A DNA stretch of 64,000 nt, from positions 1 to 64,000 of IMG/VR virus record IMGVR_UViG_3300036770_002019. The stretch is one strand, 5' to 3'. The translations under genes and the position numbers were made by a program. The notes beneath the pieces were generated by a model. It saw nothing but the letters and a program-made list of their open reading frames with translations, was not told where the DNA came from and did not search any database. This stretch comes from an uncultured virus (IMG/VR IMGVR_UViG_3300036770_002019). Lineage: Duplodnaviria; Heunggongvirae; Uroviricota; Caudoviricetes; Crassvirales. Shown in pieces: positions 60,321 through 64,000 of the stretch (positions are counted from its first letter, which is position 1; each line of letters starts with the position of its first letter).

Positions 60321-61017
60321 TGTATAATTGTATTTGTTCGCTATCTGTTAATTGTGTAGGTAAAGTAAACCAATTTATTTTAGACTCAAGCATTTCATCA
60401 ATTTTAACGAAGTGCCCATTCCCAAAAAACCCAGCTCTCCCAAAATTATACATTTCTGCAGCTGGGTGAGCTGATATCAGTACCTTATCTTCAGGGATGT
60501 ACTTTTTATACTTCTCAGCATGTTTACCCCAAAGGACAAAAATAGTGTTAGGTTTATGTTTTACAATATGCTTGATTACATTAGTTGTAAAAAATGTCCA
60601 TAAATGAGAATGACTCCCAGGAGTATCTTTTACAACACTTAAAGCTGTATTAAAAAGAAGTACCCCTTGTTTACCCCAATGTGTCAAAGAGTAATCAAAT
60701 TCATCTGGGGTGTAGTTATATTGAGCGTTTAACTCTCTTGTGATAACTTTAAGACTAGGGGGTATTGGGGTAGATTTAACCCCAAATGATACCCCAATAG
60801 CTTGTCCATTATGATAAGGATCTTGCCCAAGTATAACTACTTTAACTTCTGACAGTTGGCATAATTCAAAAGCTTTGAATGTATCTGCCCCATCAGGGTA
60901 TACCTTAGAAGTTAATTTATCTTTTTTTATTGTATCTTGAAGAGTTTGAAACTCTTTTGAAGAAAATAGGGGGGACATTACATCCCCCCAATCTCCTAAC
61001 TTATCTTTCCAAGTCAT
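60313..61017 (-). CDS. ung: Uracil-DNA glycosylase (family 1)
   Basis: VKVVILGQDPYH, IPPSL, QGVLLFNTALSV, FVLWGKHA, SAHPAA. Confidence 0.95.
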   Translation of the reverse strand: MTWKDKLGDWGDVMSPLFSSKEFQTLQDTIKKDKLTSKVYPDGADTFKAFELCQLSEVKVVILGQDPYHNGQAIGVSFGVKSTPIPPSLKVITRELNAQYNYTPDEFDYSLTHWGKQGVLLFNTALSVVKDTPGSHSHLWTFFTTNVIKHIVKHKPNTIFVLWGKHAEKYKKYIPEDKVLISAHPAAEMYNFGRAGFFGNGHFVKIDEMLESKINWFTLPTQLTDSEQIQLYND

Positions 61018-61766
61018 GGTAAATAATATTCAGGGTTAAATACTTCATCTTCTATAGTAATTCTACTATGTAGTTCACTGTTATGATCAAGTTCGATATC
61101 TAGTTTAGCTTCAAGTTCCTTTCTTAATGATTCGGTTTGAAACAATACCTTCCCAGTATACCCATCTATATCAAATCCATGAAATTCAAGTATCTTCAAC
61201 TTCCATATATCATCAATCTGCGAATACCTCCCTTTAATAAAATGCTCATACGATTTGATAGCTGAATCTGGGATATTGAATACAAACAGTACATGATAGG
61301 GGTCAGGGTCAATTTTATGCCTAAAAGATATGAAAGAGCACAGCGCTTCTTCGAACTTTAGAAACAACTGCTCCCCTGAAAATCTGTACAGTAAGGCAAT
61401 AGTCCTCCCAGCATCCTCTATAGCACTCCCAATAAAACAGTTTATAAATAAACTATCCCACATGAATAAATTTCTATTCCCACCCAAGAAAGGGAATATA
61501 AATATACTAGAGTTGGTGGTTTTAGCTGTTAATAAATCATACCCAACCAACTTACCATTTACAATAGCTGGGTAAATATGATTAAACTTAAATGGGTACT
61601 TTAATTTTGGGGTTAAAACATCACCAACTTGTAACACCAAATCATCATTATGTAACTTAATAATATTTCCTTCTGTATCTGTGTCCCTGTTTAAATTCAG
61701 TACCCCACCAGAAAGTCTTACAATTCTGGCGTTTTTTACAGTAAAAGAAAATTTAGAAGTTACCAT
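61014..61766 (-). CDS. Hypothetical protein
   Basis: 250-aa ORF overlapping both neighbours in the operon. Confidence 0.75.
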   Translation of the reverse strand: MVTSKFSFTVKNARIVRLSGGVLNLNRDTDTEGNIIKLHNDDLVLQVGDVLTPKLKYPFKFNHIYPAIVNGKLVGYDLLTAKTTNSSIFIFPFLGGNRNLFMWDSLFINCFIGSAIEDAGRTIALLYRFSGEQLFLKFEEALCSFISFRHKIDPDPYHVLFVFNIPDSAIKSYEHFIKGRYSQIDDIWKLKILEFHGFDIDGYTGKVLFQTESLRKELEAKLDIELDHNSELHSRITIEDEVFNPEYYLP

Positions 61767-62545
61767 TCATCATCAGATTGAGTGTTGTTTGAAATTGTTT
61801 CTATGTTATGTACTACAAGTTCAGGAATAATATTACTCCCAAACTCCCTAATAACATCCTGTGGTGTTTTTAAGAGGTACACTAATCTAAAAGTCTGATT
61901 GAATTTAAAGATTCCTTCAGTCATACCAAACTGCTCCACATACTTTTTAATAGTAAATGCTTCAAAATCCTTTGTTCTGTCCTTTAACCAATTTTCTGCT
62001 GTCTTCTCCCCTACTCCTCTTAATCCTGGTATGTTATCAGTAGAGTCCCCCATCAACACTTGTTTCCAAAGAAACCACAATGCTACGCCAGGGGAAGTAT
62101 GTACAAATTCTGTTGTACGATAGTTGTAATGCATGCCAACACATTGATACAATACATCTTTATCTGGGGAACAAATGATAGTTTTACGTTCCGTATTATA
62201 TGCATAATACGCAACTAAATCATCTGCCTCAAGTTCTGAAATGTATGTAAATCTCCAACGCTGTATTAAATATTCCACTAAAGCTGGGAATATAATAGGC
62301 CTTGAAGATCTGGAATCTTTACGTTTGGCTTTATACAAAGGGTCAACATTATATCTAAAACATTGACCTTTAGTAAGAAAACCTGCAAAAGAAGAGGTGT
62401 TGCAACTGTTCAACATATGATAAATACGTTGATCAAGTCCAGCAACAGCCTCCTCTAATGTAGGTTTATCCATCTCGTAGTACAACAGAGAATCCCCATC
62501 AATCAAACAAATATCATTACCTTTTGGGATTCTCTCTATACTCAT
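61760..62545 (-). CDS. 5'-3' exonuclease / flap nuclease (T7 gp6 or Pol I N-terminal family)
   Basis: LIDGDSL, YKAKR, LEADD, SPDKD, MGDSTDNIPGLRGVGEKTA. Confidence 0.92.
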   Translation of the reverse strand: MSIERIPKGNDICLIDGDSLLYYEMDKPTLEEAVAGLDQRIYHMLNSCNTSSFAGFLTKGQCFRYNVDPLYKAKRKDSRSSRPIIFPALVEYLIQRWRFTYISELEADDLVAYYAYNTERKTIICSPDKDVLYQCVGMHYNYRTTEFVHTSPGVALWFLWKQVLMGDSTDNIPGLRGVGEKTAENWLKDRTKDFEAFTIKKYVEQFGMTEGIFKFNQTFRLVYLLKTPQDVIREFGSNIIPELVVHNIETISNNTQSDDEW

Positions 62546-63714
62546 TATAAGTTCATAAGATTGTTAACGTCACTTTGGATCTCTGTAATTGCATTAGAAT
62601 ATTCTTTTGCAATAGCAGCTCTCATCTCTTCCCACTCACTGTCAGTCTTAGCTGCATAAGTAGATGAATGATAGATAGATCCATTAATCCCAGTCAAACT
62701 AGAATGTACGAAATACTGCAAGCAACGAACAGCTCCTGTAGAATCATCAGGTATTGCCCCAACATGCATAGGATCTACAAACACATTGTGAATCTCACCT
62801 GAGTAATTGTTGATGTACACCAATCCCCCAAAATGAAGACCTTTAACACAAGATGCACGATCGTTAGTGTTTACTTTATCCCAAGAATCTAAGCGATGTA
62901 CACATCCCACTTTAATGAAATGCCCAGGCTTAGAATATCCATTAGGGCCCTCACAATAGAATGCATCTCCACCTTGACCTTGAACTGCAGGTTCAAACAA
63001 ACGATCTTCTACAAACTCTGGGAGACCTTCAGATTCAATCTCCCCAGTATCTGCGTTGAATGTACGCTTATATCTATCTACAATCTCCCCAGTCGCAGTA
63101 TCAAACTTGTGTAGAATCTCCCTAGATACTTTGTACCCATTCAATAACCCCTCTTTAGTGATTTTGATTTGATACATAGTAGCTCTTTCCTCAGCAACTT
63201 CTTCACTGAGTCCATGCTTCTCCATAAACTCTTTCTTAAGTTTAGGGTGAACATACTTCATGTTAATGAAATTGAACATTCTCTCAGAGAACTCTTCACC
63301 TCTCCCATCTTTGAGCTTTGTGCGAAGAACAGGGTTACGTAACCAACGAGTCCATAATTTAATAAGAGGTTCAAAATCTACCCCCATATCCATAGACTCG
63401 TAGATACGATCTACAAGAGCTTTAGGTATAGGAACATTTGTGATACTTGTACCGCTTTTCAAGAAAAACTCTTTTGTTACAGGATTAACATAAATGAATT
63501 CACACTTATCTTGAACAAGTTTAGAGTAATCATGAATTAGTAAAGTAGAGAACTCTTCTAAAGCAAGATTGTACTCCTGGATAGTTGTTGCAGTATTTGC
63601 TTTGTCAGCTACTTTCAACATTGACTGATACAAATCTCTATCGTATGATACAGAAAACGATTCGTTTCCATACGATCCGCTGATGTGATCATTAATAACA
63701 TTTACACTAATCAT
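62545..63714 (-). CDS. rIIB: rIIB-like protein
   Basis: ITKEGLLNGYK, C..GLHFGGL.Y, VFVDPMHVGAIPDD..GAVRC..Y pattern. Confidence 0.7.
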   Translation of the reverse strand: MISVNVINDHISGSYGNESFSVSYDRDLYQSMLKVADKANTATTIQEYNLALEEFSTLLIHDYSKLVQDKCEFIYVNPVTKEFFLKSGTSITNVPIPKALVDRIYESMDMGVDFEPLIKLWTRWLRNPVLRTKLKDGRGEEFSERMFNFINMKYVHPKLKKEFMEKHGLSEEVAEERATMYQIKITKEGLLNGYKVSREILHKFDTATGEIVDRYKRTFNADTGEIESEGLPEFVEDRLFEPAVQGQGGDAFYCEGPNGYSKPGHFIKVGCVHRLDSWDKVNTNDRASCVKGLHFGGLVYINNYSGEIHNVFVDPMHVGAIPDDSTGAVRCLQYFVHSSLTGINGSIYHSSTYAAKTDSEWEEMRAAIAKEYSNAITEIQSDVNNLMNL

Positions 63715-63735
63715 AAATTTTTAATTTTAAAGTGT

Positions 63736-63999
63736 TTATACTTGTGGTAAATTAATTTCAATATCAAGCTTACCACGAGACTTGATGTAATGTTCTATTT
63801 CTTTCTTGAAATCTTCATCTTTATAGTACGGAAATCTCAAATTATCTAGTATGTGATGTATCCCTTCTATAAACTCATCCTTTGTTCTAGCAAGTTTAAC
63901 TATCTCAGAATCAAATGCTTCAACTGCTTTTATATCTGTAAAAATAAACAATTCCCTTGACTTATTCGCTACAAGTGTATCATCATAATTAACAGACTC
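63736..63999 (-). CDS. C-terminal part of an upstream gene, probably rIIA-like (truncated by the window)
   Basis: Frame is open to the window edge (ESVNYDDTLVANKSRELFIF...); rIIA identity is inferred only from adjacency to rIIB. Confidence 0.5.
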   Translation of the reverse strand, partial: ESVNYDDTLVANKSRELFIFTDIKAVEAFDSEIVKLARTKDEFIEGIHHILDNLRFPYYKDEDFKKEIEHYIKSRGKLDIEINLPQV

Positions 64000-64000
64000 A

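Noticed and set aside
61330-63114. Short plus-strand ORFs at 61330, 61899 and 62896, and alternate-frame ORFs at 747, 8752 and 19528
   Set aside because: They overlap better-supported genes and show no recognisable features.
1-64000. Stop-codon reassignment (TAG or TGA), known in some crAss-like phages
   Set aside because: Genes are long and tightly packed under code 11. TGA ends several genes with ATGA coupling and TAG ends genes at 4440 and 59985. No fragmentation is seen.
1-64000. CRISPR array, tRNA genes, integrase, transposase or DGR reverse transcriptase
   Set aside because: No regularly spaced repeats, cloverleaf/T-loop signatures or matching protein motifs were seen by eye. A tRNAscan run was not possible.

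Overview
The window is a ~64 kb segment of a crAss-like (Crassvirales-related) podophage genome, most likely infecting an environmental Bacteroidota host. Host evidence: TTTG-N19-21-TAnnTTTG promoters, A-rich translation starts without Shine-Dalgarno sites, and host-like surface-protein repeats. It uses the standard genetic code. Positions 1-1000 hold small leftward genes and a hairpin-rich divergence region. Positions 1100-59966 form one long rightward block: a candidate structured ncRNA, a fibre-like protein, M15 endolysin, GT2-like enzyme, GroES, HU-like protein, terminase, portal, scaffold-like protein, major capsid protein, ring/tail proteins, holin, phosphoesterase, tail tubular and stabilisation proteins, cargo proteins, and three giant ejected proteins including the virion RNA polymerase (DFDIDK). 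A bidirectional terminator separates this block from a convergent DNA-metabolism block (Nmad1-like, UDG, 5'-3' exonuclease, rIIB and probable rIIA). The most notable observations are: (1) the three giant ejected proteins appear to have cysteines only at their adjoining termini, suggesting a head-to-tail chain; (2) a NADAR domain and two flank-bounded foreign cassettes are inserted in-frame into these proteins; (3) a promoter-driven, two-domain structured RNA lies at about 1250-1465; (4) recurring xxxGG motifs delimit modules in the cargo proteins; (5) there is a GGG/CCC bias that the inserts lack. All assignments come from reading motifs and synteny by eye; no database searches were run.
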